Shown in pieces: positions 63,632 to 64,000 of a stretch of 64,000 nucleotides of DNA. The DNA is from Eledone cirrhosa (taxonomy: Eukaryota), in assembly GCA_964016885.1 (NCBI GenBank), contig OZ024764.1:22754001-22818000 (forward strand). The letters are read 5' to 3'. The notes below the pieces were generated by a model. It was given only the letters and a program-made list of their open reading frames with translations, was not told where the DNA came from and did not search any database. How positions within the stretch are numbered: the stretch's first letter is position 1; every line of letters starts with the position of its first letter. Both the position numbers and the translations under genes were made by a program.

Positions 63632-63994
63632 AATATCACATGACCTTGACAGAAAAGAGTCCTTTAAAGACAACAGAAAGATGTTACATACAAGTGATAT
63701 AAACTTGTTTAGTCTGTGGTGAATTATGGTGAAATATTTCTTCTGAATTGAGATAAATATTTTCCTTTTTCACTGTCTGGAATATTTACAAGATGATTTT
63801 ACATTCTGATTAAACTTTAGATATTTACAAAGGAGTTTTCAAAATATTTGGATATTGACAAAGATCACATTTGGTAAAAATTATGAACAATAGAAATATT
63901 TACATCAACATAGGAATATTTTCCAGAAGAGATGGGAAAATCATTATACCACTGTAATATTTGTGGTAAAGTATTCTCTCTTCTTTATATGTAG
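63632..63994 (+). pseudogene. Decayed ZF-exon relic downstream of B2
   Basis: Paralog of 28382-28749. Confidence 0.8.
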
Positions 63995-64000
63995 AACATC

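Larger units (their letters stand above)
29837..64000. repeat. Segmental tandem duplication, copy 2 (cassettes A2+B2), runs off the window end
   Basis: Colinear, near-identical match to 1-28755 apart from copy-specific indels and repeat expansions. Confidence 0.95.

Overview
Eukaryotic, AT-rich, repeat-dense animal DNA. It is most likely coleoid cephalopod (octopus-like), inferred from the tandem C2H2 zinc-finger genes and the SINE and LINE types. The window is a tandem array of four copies of one zinc-finger (ZF) gene cassette in the order A1-B1-A2-B2. The A+B pair is itself duplicated: 1-29836 matches 29837->64000. Each cassette runs: an inverted-repeat element, a promoter with a short non-coding exon 1, a TE-filled intron ending in a piggyBac-type MITE and a 39-bp minisatellite, one large exon encoding a finger-only poly-C2H2 protein, an 82-bp repeat, a decayed relic of an older ZF exon, and a Helitron. 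Three ZF ORFs are open (13, 17 and 18 finger repeats). In A1 the ZF exon is deleted and replaced by an unexplained insert with a 591-bp period. The flanks of duplicated cassettes are nearly identical, but the finger arrays and minisatellites (about 2.6 to about 156 copies) differ greatly. TEs found: hAT, Tigger/pogo, piggyBac-type MITE, Helitron, RTE, CR1-like and CRE-like LINEs, and tRNA-derived SINEs. All calls are by-eye; no alignments or database searches were run.
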